The notes below the pieces were generated by a model, which was not told the DNA's origin, did not search any database, and saw only the letters and a list, made by a program, of their open reading frames with translations. DNA of 63,855 nucleotides, filler included, from Reclinomonas americana ATCC 50394 (lineage: Eukaryota), in the NCBI GenBank assembly GCA_048213135.1. It is 14 parts of 14 records of this genome, joined end to end, with 100 filler letters (N's around TTAATTAATTAA, not from the genome) between each part and the next. Parts side by side here need not be neighbours in the genome. Positions count along the whole stretch, not along the records: positions 31,619 to 35,103 come from AFZH01017322.1; positions 35,204 to 40,720 come from AFZH01017323.1; positions 40,821 to 43,964 come from AFZH01017324.1; positions 44,065 to 50,514 come from AFZH01017325.1; 10 more parts are not named here. The stretch is one strand, 5' to 3'. The number at the start of each line of letters is the position of its first letter. The first letter of the stretch is position 1. The translations under genes were made by a program, and so were the position numbers. This document shows, one piece after another, positions 34,601-46,149 of the stretch.

Positions 34601-35010
34601 CAGTGCGCGTACATGCGGCATACCAGAATGTCGCGGATGCGTCTCTCCACAGCGTTGCCTGTGTCAGCCACTCCCCCTTGGTCCTCCAGCAAGCACTCGA
34701 TGTCACCAAGGTGCAGGGCCAAAAATTCGTGCAAGGGACCTGGCGCGCCACTCCCCACATTGGCCAGCTCACTCATCAACAGCATCGCGTGTAGTGTTGG
34801 TGACATCTGTGCAGCATTGGAGAGCCTGTCCATCCTCGCCTCCGTGGCCAGCACCTGTTGCTCCCCGTCGCCGTCGACCTCCATCACCTGCAATTGTGGT
34901 GGCGCAAGTTCCTCTACGGCTTCGTGCACACCGTCGACCTCCATCACGTGCTCTGTCGGCGGCGGTGGTGGCGCAAGTTCTTCCATGTGTCGGTGATCTG
35001 GAGAAACAAT
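31619..35010 (-). CDS. Orphan multi-exon gene of unknown function with weak codon bias
   Basis: Chain of minus-strand ORF segments separated by short GT-AG introns; scattered Cys/His; no recognised domain. Confidence 0.4.
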
Positions 35011-35989
35011 TGCGAGGTGAGAGGGGAACATGTCGTGCAATGACGCGCACACACAAAAAGCGACGCTCACAAACAAACATGCTCCGTCACTCTTCCTACT
35101 CTTNNNNNNNNNNNNNNNNNNNNNNNNNNNNNNNNNNNNNNNNNNNNTTAATTAATTAANNNNNNNNNNNNNNNNNNNNNNNNNNNNNNNNNNNNNNNNN
35201 NNNAGTGAGAGAGAGAGAGAGAGGGAGATCTGGTGTGTGTGTGTGTGTCTGTGGATGATTGCTTCCCCCTCATGCACTTTTCGGGTTGCATGTTTTTGCA
35301 TGACTCTTTCTTGGTATTCGTGATGCTGACGCACGTGTGTATGCGTACGTGCGGGTGTGCCTGTCTGTGTTTGTGTGTCGGTCTGTTGATCATGATCCTG
35401 TCGACATGTCTTTCACTTCCGTTTTTCTACCTTCTTGTCGCACTCGACTTTTGCCGCTAGCTATAGATTTCAGTGTCCCTGTCCTCCTCTCATATGCATC
35501 TCGCCATGTCTTTTTCCCCTCCTGTTAAGATCGCCTATTGTGCGCGACTATGGCAAGTCGGCACATGTGATCATGAGTGGTAGCGATCTTGCACTCAGTG
35601 ATTTTTGCGCCACGAAATCCTTTTGAGGCCAACACGCGTTTGCTTGGCTTTGTCTCCTGAAAGGTGTGAGGCGCCACGTGCTGCAAAGGTGCCGCCACCA
35701 CTAGGCCACTCACGTAGCGCAACCACGCCATACTGTCGCTGCCATGCCCGATGTTGCACCGGCCCAGTCGATCATAAGCATCTGCATCTGGCGGTCTGCG
35801 ACAAAAGGGAAGATGATTGTTTGGAGAAGTTCATGGTAGTTTGTGCCTTAGTCATTGTCGGCAAGGGATTTGTGGGCGTTTATCGCATTATTGGAATGTG
35901 GTGAATGAAGTGTTTTTCTTTCGAGTGTGCACAGCGAGTCACTGAGTAGGTCCCACTGCTGCTGAGACTTGTTGGCAGGAGGAGAAGCT

Positions 35990-36160
35990 CAGTTTGCACA
36001 GTTGAATCCAGACATTGTGGCTCTGACTCGAGCAGGCGACGAAAGTGCTGATTGTGGAGTTCGCCGTGAGACACTGCAGAAGGCGTACGACCGCAAGTCG
36101 GCGAAGTATACCGAGCTGGTGGAGAAGATCCGAAAGCACAGTGGAGCGGTGGTTACGAGA
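35990..36160 (+). mobile_element. Restriction-like endonuclease (RLE) fragment of a non-LTR retrotransposon
   Basis: LNPDIVAL ... LQKAYDRKSAKYTELVEKI matches PD..(D/E)..A..K..KY..L. Confidence 0.6.
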
Positions 36161-36559
36161 ACCATCACGTCGCTACTGCAGCACCCATGGCCAGCTTCAA
36201 CGAGTTCAGCGTCCGTCGTTGACATGACTCAGAAAGGGAGGCCAGCACTGGCCTCCTGAAAGTGAAGATGGCTGTTGTGAAAAGTCATTGGTTTATGCAT
36301 TGTTCGGTGTGCCGAGATCATTGTCGGCAAGGGATTTGTGAACGACTGTCACGTTCGAATGAAGTGCTAGCGCTGTTGTCATTCAGAAACTCAATAATTC
36401 ATTCACAAGCCACAAGCATCTGCCAGTGATCGCTAACTAGTCTTGTGCTTTCCTTCTCGAATGTGTGTCATCGATGTTGAGAATAAGTCATGGCCTCCAG
36501 GCCAGGAAGACTTCGTCAGCAGCGACCACCAGAAGACGTCCATCACAGCAACTGCGTAC

Positions 36560-37956
36560 AAAACGAAGAGATATTGCCCACAAGCCCTTCAGCTTTTCAC
36601 AGCCGTTGAGCAAGTGTCTCCTTGCCACAGAGTGGGCACAGCGACGCGGGGCCACCAGGGTTGCCGATGAAGACCGCCGCCTTGTTGTTGAGCATGACGG
36701 AGTTGGTCCGCATCTTGCAAAGGAAGCGCTGCTCCTTCTCGCTGATGCTGTTGCCCTGAGCCACCACGTCATGGGTTCCAGCAGCAGCCTTCTGCAGAAA
36801 GTCGACAAAGGCACCACACTTCTGCAAGGCCTTCCAGCTCACAATGTGGCGCTTGGAGTAGAAGTGTGACATTGCAGGCAAAAAGCGAGAGGCAAAGGGA
36901 AACACAACACCACCGTACGCGTCAGCCAGCCGTCCGACCACCAACGGAGGTTGACCAGCAGCAGCAGCCGGATGCACCTCCACAATGACACCCAACTTCA
37001 GAGCGTGCCCGAGAGCAACACCCATCAGATTGGAGCGAACAGCGCGGCGAGGAGCATTCGGATCAGTGGCCACTTGAAACCGGGTACCCGCACCAGGAGC
37101 AACAGCAGCAGCACCAGCCGGAGGAGCAACAGGAGACAAACACACAGAGATATACCGTAGCTGCGGCGTGGCAACTGGCAACTGCTGGCGATTGACGTCT
37201 GTGACCTCGTTCGTCTGTGCCGGTACTTGGCCACCAAACCAGCAGTCGGCAACGGCGAGAAGTCGTCAACACGACCACCGGCCGCCTTCACCGAGCAGTG
37301 GAGCATGTGCTCCGCCACACGGCGAGTCAGCAGTCGGCGGTGTGTCAACAGCTTCACCGCCGAGTTGATCAACAGAGAGGCCGCTCGCCCCACCACAGAG
37401 TACAGGCCGAGACCACCTTTCGACAGTGGAGTGTAGAGGAAGGGTGTGCCGGAGTCGTTGTTGAGGCCAAGGCAGACTGTCGCGGATCTTGCTGTCGAAT
37501 CTGCCGAGCACTTCCGGTTGAAGCTCCACGGCCGAAATGACAAAGGTGGCCTTGGTGAAGACGAAGCGGCGAACGGCATCCACCTTCTGGAGCGGCAACA
37601 GCGACGACGACTGCTTGGTGGCCTCGATCAGAGTGAAGAGCTGCTTCTCCAGCATCTCCCCCACTTGCTTCTTCGTCTCACTTGTACGAGTCGGTGAGTA
37701 GAACGGGTAGCCAAGCCAACGATCGCACTCAGTGACAGATGACATGGATCGCAACGCAGTGCCAGCCATCAGCAGCTCGGGATCGAACTCCTCCGCCACA
37801 AAATTCTGCGCCTGCATTGGACCAGAGCCAACACCAATGACTTCTGCGGGTTGTCGGCGATGCCAGACCACTCGGCCAAACGCTTGGACAGATCCAGGAC
37901 CAGCTGCGCCTCACGAACAGAAGACACCACCACGTGACGATCATCGGCAAAGGCAG

Positions 37957-37957
<1 letters not shown>
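36560..37957 (-). mobile_element. Degenerate RLE-clade (R2/NeSL/CRE-like) non-LTR retrotransposon: RT C-terminal half, thumb and zinc knuckle
   Basis: SAFADD, GIADNPQKS, RWLGYPF, LLPLQKVDAVRRFV, FLYTPLSKGGLGL, CPLCGKETLAQ; several frameshifts. Confidence 0.8.
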
Positions 37958-37992
<35 letters not shown>

Positions 37993-38375
37993 ACGAATGT
38001 TGGAATCACAGAAAGAGTAACCAACACGAATGAACACAGAGCACACAACACAAAGCGCCAGCAAGCAGGGGAGAGACATGAATGGCATGCTGACATCCAA
38101 ACATGTGTGTGTGTGTGTGCGTGTGTGTGCGAGAGAGAGAGTGTTGTGTGCTGTTCGTGCAGCGCTCTCCAAGCCTGTTACCCGGGTGGCGAAAAGCCGG
38201 TTCCCTGAGACTCATCGGGGGACTGCGGTCCCCCACCTTGAGCAGGGCAACGTCCCCCACCCCCACCCATTTTCTGCCGAGAGTCCCCCGCCCTCGTCCC
38301 ACGCCCGAGTGACTCATCACGGATCTGTCCCAGTCGCTGTGTGTGTGTGTTTTGTGGGAGCGCGTGTGTTTGACA

Positions 38376-40601
38376 ATGATGGACGAGATGGAAGTGGAGA
38401 ACATTAGCGGCGTTGCGCTGCCGAAGATGTTGCGTCGCTTAGGCTAACGAGGGGAGAGCCTGATTTAGCGCCATCTGCTGGATCACTCACTCTTTTGTGC
38501 CCCCGCTTCCCCCTCTCTCGCGCGCGCAGCCGGTGTTGCATGTGCGGCACTGTGATCACCAGCAACCCGGCCAACATGTGCCCCGACTGCCTCACCAGTG
38601 TGGTCCGCATTCTCTTTGTCTTGCACTCCCTTGTACATCGGAGTTCTCACTCCTCGTTGTTTCCATCACACAGGTGGACATCACCGAGGGCATCCCCCGC
38701 CGCTTCAACCTCTCCTGGTGCAAGGAGAGCGGTCGGTGAGCACACACAGACAAGATCGGGGCGCGCGCGCTCCGACAAGCGGAAGCTATGTGCACATTCA
38801 CATGCCCACTCCTGACACACACACTCTTCCCTCTTCCCCTTGAACAGCTACCTGCAACCACCCAACCGATGGATCCCCGCGGAGCTGGAGAGCGCCGAGC
38901 TGCTCGCGGTCTGCCTGAAGCACATTCGCGGATTGGCCGGTCTGCGCCTCGTCGACGCGCAATTTGTGTGGACGGAGCCGCACTCGCGCCGCATCAAGGT
39001 CCGCATCACCGTGCAAAAGGAGGTCTACGATGCACTGGTGCTGCAGCAGTCGTTTGTCGTCGAGTACGTCGTCAATGACCATCAGAGCCCCGAAGTCGCG
39101 AAGTCGTACACGCCGCACACGTGGAAGTCGGCGGTGCAGGTGCGCCAACTGGTGCCGCACAAGCGCACCATTTTCTACCTGGAGCAGGTGATTCTCAAGC
39201 ACCGCGCGTTCGGTCGCATCACGCACATTAAGGAGATGCCGGACGGCATGGATTTCTTCTTTTCGCATCGCTCGCACGCCCTCAACTTTGTCGATTTCCT
39301 CGGCTCGGTGGTGCCCACGCGCTCGCACTCGTCGAAACAGCTCATCTCCTCCGACATGTCCAACAACACCTACAACTACACGTACACGTTTGCGGCGGAG
39401 ATTGTGCCCATTTGCAAGGACGATTTGGTGGTGATGCCGCGCGAGTTGTACTCGATTGGTGGCACCTCGTCGCCGCTGCTGTTGTGCACGCGCGTCACCA
39501 ACATGATTCAGTTGGTGGATCCCATCTCGTGTCACAGTTGCGTGGGGGAATAAGGGTGAGGGAGGGGGAAGGGGGAGGGGAGGGAAGGGAGAGAAAAGCT
39601 GATATGTAAGCACTCGCCTTCTCCACTCTTCCGTCTTCATCCTGCTGCATTGGAAGGGGAAGATGGCGTTGTTTCTCTCTCCGTTCCTTCTTATTCTCTT
39701 CTTCGTCGAGAGGGGGAAGGGGGAAGCGTGCGGCTCTTCTCTTGCCTTCAGTTGCTCTTCCCACTCGGGCAACCTTTCTCTTCCCAGAGAATGAGAGGAG
39801 GAAGGGGAAAGATGGCGTTGTTCTCGCTCTGTTCCTTGTTATTCTCTTCTTTATCCTTCTCCACTCGCGCAACCTTTCTCGGCCGAGGGGGAAAGGGAAG
39901 TAAGCGGCTCTTTTCTTGCCTTCAGTTGCTCTTCCTATCCCTTCTCCACTCGCGCAACCTTTCTCGACCGAGAGAATGAGAGGAGGGAAAGATGGCGTTG
40001 TTTCTCACTCTGTTCCATCTTTTTCTCTTCTTCATCCTTCTCCACTCGAGCAACCTTTCTCGGCCGAAGGGAATGGGAAGTAAGCGGAGCGTAGCTCCAC
40101 TCTCTCCTTTTTCTGTTGCTCTTTTTCAACTCTTCTCCGTTGTTGTTTCTCTCCTTCTTTCTCTTCTTCTCCGCTCTCCAACGCCCGTCTTCACTCCATA
40201 CTCAAGAAATGAAGAAGGAGAGAGGGCGATCTCTTCCTCTCTACTGTCTCTTTTCTCTCCATCTTTTCTCCTCTCCATTCTCCGCTCGCTCATCTTTACT
40301 CCACACTCGAAAGGAAGAAGGGGACGCAGGGAGAAAGAGGGTTACCCAAGCGCAGACATCTCGTGTTGCCTCGAGTACTCCCTCTTTCTCCACTTCTGTT
40401 GCTCTTCCATTCTCAGTGCGATCTCTCCTCACCAAATCGTACTCGGAAGGACATATTCTCTTCTCGCTCTCGTTGCTTCTCATTCTCTCTGCATCTCTCT
40501 TTTTGTCTCCGTGTCGCATTCGAAAGGAAGGGACGGAGAATAACTGAGTGCATTCTTCTCTTGTTTCATTGCCGTTCTCTTTCTCATTGCTTCTCTCTCT
40601 G

Positions 40602-40647
<46 letters not shown>

Positions 40648-41900
40648 TCTATGTCGCACTCGAAAGGGAAGGATGCGCAGGCCTCGCTCGCTCTCTCTTG
40701 TCCTCTCTCTCCTTCCCCCCNNNNNNNNNNNNNNNNNNNNNNNNNNNNNNNNNNNNNNNNNNNNTTAATTAATTAANNNNNNNNNNNNNNNNNNNNNNNN
40801 NNNNNNNNNNNNNNNNNNNNACCTTCCCCCTTCACCTTCCCCCTCATCCTCCCCCCTCATCCTCCCCCCTCATCCTCCCCCCTCATCCTCCCCCCTCATC
40901 CTCCCCCCTCATCCTCCCCCTTCATCCTTCCCCCTCATCCTCCTCCCTCATCCTCCCCCCTCATCCTCCTCCCTCATCCTCCCCCCTCATCCTTCACCCT
41001 TCACCCTTCATCTCCCCCTCCACCCCCTTCCCCTTTTCCTCACACCCCCTTCCCCCCTTTCCCCTCATACCCCACAGCCGCCGAAATGAACTCCAAATCC
41101 TTCTGGGCCAACCCATACCGCGCACTGGCCTCCCAGAGCGAAATGATTGACTTTATCGTCTACGACACGGAGTTCACGGGCGTGCAGACCGACCACGTTG
41201 CGTCTCCTCCACCCTCCCTCCTCTCTCTCTCTCCTTTTCCCTGGTCGTCTCACACTCTCCTTTTGCGACACAGTACGCCCAAGTGGACGTGCAGCTGGCG
41301 CGCGCCGACCGACCCGGCGACGTGTTCATTGTGCGATCGCACATGGGCTACGTGCTGAAGCCGGGCGACATGGTGCGCGGCTACGACATGCGCTCGTTGA
41401 ACTTTGACGAGGACGCCTTCCGCGCCTACCGCGGCTTCGAGCCACCGTCCGTGATTCTGGTGCGCAAGACCTTTGCGGACCGCGAGAAGCGCAACAAGTT
41501 CCGCCAGTTCAAGCTCAAGCGACTGGACGTGGAGCACGACGACTCGGTCATGCGCCGCACCGACATTCTGCGTGCGGCCAGCGACTACAATCGCTTCCTC
41601 GAGGAACTCGAAGAGGACCCGGAGATGCGTCAGAACGTGGTGCTGTACCGCGACCCGGAGGCACCGCCGCTCGAGCAGTACGAGGTCGAGCTGCAGGCGG
41701 CGCGTGAGCAGGGCCTGGAGGAGCCCGACGTGGTGGAGATGCCAGTGATCTCGCTCGACGAGCTGGTGGCCGAGTTCGACTCGATGGCCATTGACGACTT
41801 TGGCGCTGCGCCGGACGCGGGCGACGAGGAGGTGGAGGCCGACGATGATGCAACGGCGGCGGCGGCGGCAGCAGATGGTGGCGCAAGTGGCAGTGTTTGA
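38376..41900 (+). CDS. NMD3: 60S ribosomal export adaptor NMD3, multi-exon, spans a gap
   Basis: RCCMCG..NPANMCPDC, VDITEGIP, FVWTEPHSRRIKV, VQVRQLVPHKRTIFYLEQVILKH, EIVPICKDDL, SHMGYVLKPGD, FLEELEEDPEMRQNVVLYR. Confidence 0.96.
39650..40090. repeat. Degenerate ~180-bp tandem units in an NMD3 intron
   Basis: Recurring GGAAAGATGGCGTTG...CTCCACTCG.GCAACCTTTCTCG. Confidence 0.6.
40830..41000. repeat. (CCTCATCCTCCC)n 12-mer minisatellite
   Basis: Direct inspection. Confidence 0.85.
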
Positions 41901-42065
41901 ATGAAATAGTGCCTAAGGTAGTAGTGGTAAGGAGAATCGCCATTTGCAGATAGCCGAATTGCTGCGATACCGCACGGCGGACTGTATACGTAGACTGTAC
42001 ACTGTCGTGTGTGTTTCGCATCTTTTTTTCCGTGTTCCTGTGAGCGAAAGCAATCACAAAAAACG

Positions 42066-43237
42066 ATGAATATTCGCATCTTTTCCCCCACTCTCTCCCT
42101 GGTCCTCGTGGCCGCACTCCTCATTGCCGCTGTCGCACACGTGGCTGAGGCGGCTGGTGGCGCTGGTGAGTGTGCTTGTGATCTTTCATGTGGCAGCGAA
42201 TCTGACTCGTTTTCCGCACATTTTTTCGGATTCCGTTGGTGGTCTCATCCACTCCTCGCAGGTTGCAGCTCCAACGCCGACTGCAACGCGCCCATGATCC
42301 CGGGCACGAACATCAACAACGGCTTCTGCCAATACGGTAGTCCCTCGTCCGGGAGTTCGTGCGTCTGCTATGAAGGTGCGCGATTGCGATCGCGACCGGT
42401 ATCATCGCGCGATTAACTGTTTTTTCCCCCATGGCACGCGCCTTCTTTGCTCACCTCTCCTCCAGGCATTGGTGGTGCCAACTGTGGCTGCCGCAGCAAC
42501 ATCACCTGCAGTGGCACTGGCGTCTGCAACGACGACGGATCGTGCGCTTGCCACGCCTGGTCCGAGAGTGGCACACTGTCCGGCGTCTACTTTGGCCCGC
42601 GATGCGAGTGCAAGAAGGCCGGCGACGCCTGCACCACGACCACCGGAGCTGCAGGCATCTGCTCCGCACCCACCGGCTGCGTCTCCACGCTCGACAAATT
42701 CGTGTTGCAATCGGCCGTCGAGGTGCGGCCGTCTGTGCTCTGCGATGTGTTGGACGCTGCGCCGGTGCACCATGTCCAGCCGACGCCAGGCCGCGCGCTG
42801 GTCAACAACAACTTTGTGTTCGTGCAAGACACGTGCTTCACGCTGGCTGCTGATGGCAAGACGTACAGTCTTCAGCAAGTGAGTATTACTCAGTACGAGT
42901 TGTGTGCACCCTGCACAAGCAGCTGTTGTTCACTGACATGTCGCATGTTTTGTAGGATTGCATGGCCAAGTACGCCAACGCTGGTATCGTGGCCATGTTC
43001 GCGTACCACTCCAGCTCCACCTCCTCCACCTTTACGGCCACGCGCAGCCCGGGCGCAGGCGCCGATGTCTCCCTGTCCTACAACTCCACCACCGGCAATG
43101 TGGAGGGCACGCTGCAGTGGTACCTGCGAGGCTGCGTTCTCGGATACTACCTGTGCGGCTGCGGCCAGTGCTCGGCCCCTGTGTCGTGCAGCACCCGCTC
43201 TGGTGTCCTCCTCTACATCTATCACTATGCGAACTGA
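42066..43237 (+). CDS. Secreted Cys-rich EGF-like protein, multi-exon
   Basis: Signal peptide MNIRIFSPTLSLVLVAALLIAAVAHVAEA; CVCYEG..GANC and CSGTGVCNDDGSCAC..YFGPRCEC. Confidence 0.8.
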
Positions 43238-43419
43238 TCAATTGCAAACAATGAATAGAACTACCACTGACAACACAAGATAATAATAATAGAAACTTCA
43301 CTGATCCATACACAACAATGAGCATCTACCAGTGATCGCCAACAAGTCTCGAGTGCTTTCCTTCTACAACTAAAACTGTTTTAAGTGTGTCTCTCTTTTA
43401 TTCATCAATGATGATACCA

Positions 43420-43964
43420 ACTGTCGCGATCTGATGCGTGCTGTCGAGCAACACATGCTGAAGCGCGTCGTCTTCTATATACTGGTGTTTGGCTCCGGTG
43501 GCATCGTCCCGAAACGGACTGGTGGCAACGTGGCCGAACTGGTGCATGGCCGTTCACCTCAGGAGCGTCGAAGCAGTGACGACACGGATCGCTTGCTGTC
43601 GAAACTGTGCAGCTGCGCTGCGCGCCACGACCATTACATCTGGCCGGCTCATTACGGTGCCGTTGCCAGAATCAACAGACGGCAGTGACAACTCCCGTGA
43701 GCAACACCATCGTCAGCGACAACCACTCAACGTTAACTGCACCTCAGCTCCTTCTCGTAACTCGCACGTTGCCTGGCTTTGTTGGTTTTTCCTATGTGTT
43801 CTGACACCAACGACTCTTGCTATCTCTCTCGTTTCCTTTGTGGAATTCGGCGTCAAATCCATGCTTGTCATGAGCCGTGGTTTCTCTTGCGGAGACGCCA
43901 TCTCGACTTTTTCTCGCTTTTTTCGTGATATCTCAGTTTCTGCTAGTGCTCACTCAAGATAGTG
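43420..43964 (+). mobile_element. 5'-truncated 3' end of an RLE non-LTR retrotransposon (end of ORF plus 3' UTR)
   Basis: VVFYILVFGSGGIVPKRT..VAEL resembles the post-RLE V(F/V)G..G.VP..T motif; downstream sequence shared with the 22.1-22.4 kb and 63.2-63.36 kb copies. Confidence 0.6.
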
Positions 43965-44064
43965 NNNNNNNNNNNNNNNNNNNNNNNNNNNNNNNNNNNN
44001 NNNNNNNNTTAATTAATTAANNNNNNNNNNNNNNNNNNNNNNNNNNNNNNNNNNNNNNNNNNNN

Positions 44065-44194
<130 letters not shown>

Positions 44195-44746
44195 AATATT
44201 GTTTGGGCGTGTGTCGCACTGTGTCTGCCAAGAACATTCTCGATTTCTGTCCTCTTCTTCTCCCTCCCTTCTCCCCCTCTCTGCCCCATCTCTTCCCCCT
44301 TGCTCTTCCCCCTTGCTCTTCCCCTTCTCTTCCCCTTCTCTTCCCTCCCTTCTCTTCCCCTTCTCTTCCCTCCCTTCTCCTCCCTCCCTTCTCCTCCCCT
44401 TCTCCTCCCCCCTTCTCCTCCCCTTCATCCATCCCTTCTCCTCCCCTTCTCCTCCCCTTCTCCTCCCCTTCTCCTCCCCTTCTCCTCCCCTTCTCCTCCC
44501 CTTCCCCTCACCCTTCTCCCTCCCCCTTCCCCTCACCCCTCCCCTCACCCTTCCCCTTCCCCTGCCAACAGCAAGCCAAGACTGGCGCCATGGAGTCTGC
44601 GTTCCAGGCCAGCCAGTAAGCGCTCTTTTGTATACTGTGTGTGTGCGCGCAAGCCATTATCACACCATTGAACGAGTACTGGGTTGTTGTTACTTTTTGT
44701 TCCATTTTCATCGCTTTTTCTCCCTTCCCTTCTCTCTCCCTCCCCA

Positions 44747-46025
44747 TCACATGGCACTGATCATGTGTGTGATGGGAGCGGACATGACGGAGCTGGCGAC
44801 ACTGGAGCGGCGGTTGTGTGGCGCGTACTTGCGCAACAGCAGGCGCAGCACTTGAATGTCGACGGGCTTGTGGATCAGGTCGGTGAAGCCCTGTGTCATT
44901 TGTCAGTATGCGTTGCTGCGAGAGAGACACGGGAGGGAGCAGAAAACAAAACGCAACTGCTTCCCGCATGGTCGAGTCAATGTCCAGCTTGCGACCCTCG
45001 AGCATGCCGACCAGCGGCATGAGTGCGGCGGGCTCGGCGAGTCCGCGAATCAGCTTGGCCGTCTCCAGCCCGCTGAGGCCGGTCATGGACAGATCGATAA
45101 AGGCGATGCAGAAGGGACCGTGAGTGGAGGCGCGCTGCACGGCATCGTTGCCGTCGGTCGCCTGCACGACTTCGACGTGCAGACGCGAGAGCATGCGTTC
45201 CAACAACTTGCGAGCAATCGGCTGCTCGTCGCACACCAGCACGCGGTTGCAGGGGCGGTCGGCCACGGTGGTGCTGCACATGGACTCGGCCAGCGACACG
45301 CTCGACATGCCGCGCGGAATGTGCACGCTGTTGACACGCGTGCTCATGTAGCCTTGCGAGGCGGCGTCGTCGGTGCTGCCGGCGGTGGTGTACATGCGCA
45401 GCAGGTTGAGCGAGCGTTGGCGCTTGGGCGCCGGCGCACGGGCTGATAGCAGTGCGCGTTGCAGTGGTGTCTGCGTGTGCATCGAGTCCACCTCGTCGGC
45501 CTGCAGTACCTCGCTGACCGGCACCGCGTTGGAGGCCTGGTTTTTTACAAAAGTTAGCTGTGAATGAAAACAACGAAAGTACACACATCATTACGCACCT
45601 CCGAGTTCGAGCTCGCCGCTACCAGCCCGCTCAGCATGGTAGACACCACCGACATGCGTGGCTTCGCCGGCTCCACGAGCCACGTCTGCAGCATGCGCCG
45701 AATGTCGGGGGCACGCACGGGCTTCGGAGCAAAGTCTTGCATGCCCTGTGAACACAGCAGAGGGTGAGTGGGCGAGTAAAGAAGGAGAAGCAGGGAGAGG
45801 GGAATGAGAGGAGGAAGAAAAGCACAGAAAGACGAGAAGAAGAGGAAGAAGAAAAATGAGTCGAGCACGAAGTAGAAAAAACACAAGAAAAGCAGAAGCA
45901 GAAGGAGAGAGGAAGAAGAAGAAGGCAAAGAAGGTGGTGTGGAAGACAACAAACAAGGATAAGCAGAACAACAAGAAGACAACGAGACGAACACGAAGAA
46001 GAAGAAGAAGAACAGCGACAACAAC

Positions 46026-46059
<34 letters not shown>

Positions 46060-46099
46060 ACAAATACACGAGCAAAACTGCAGCATCAACAACAACGAG

Positions 46100-46149
<50 letters not shown>

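Noticed and set aside
38200..38330. Two GATGAGTC motifs suggesting hammerhead ribozymes
   Set aside because: The CTGATGA core is not intact (CCGATGA and GTGATGA) and no correctly placed GAAA stem was found
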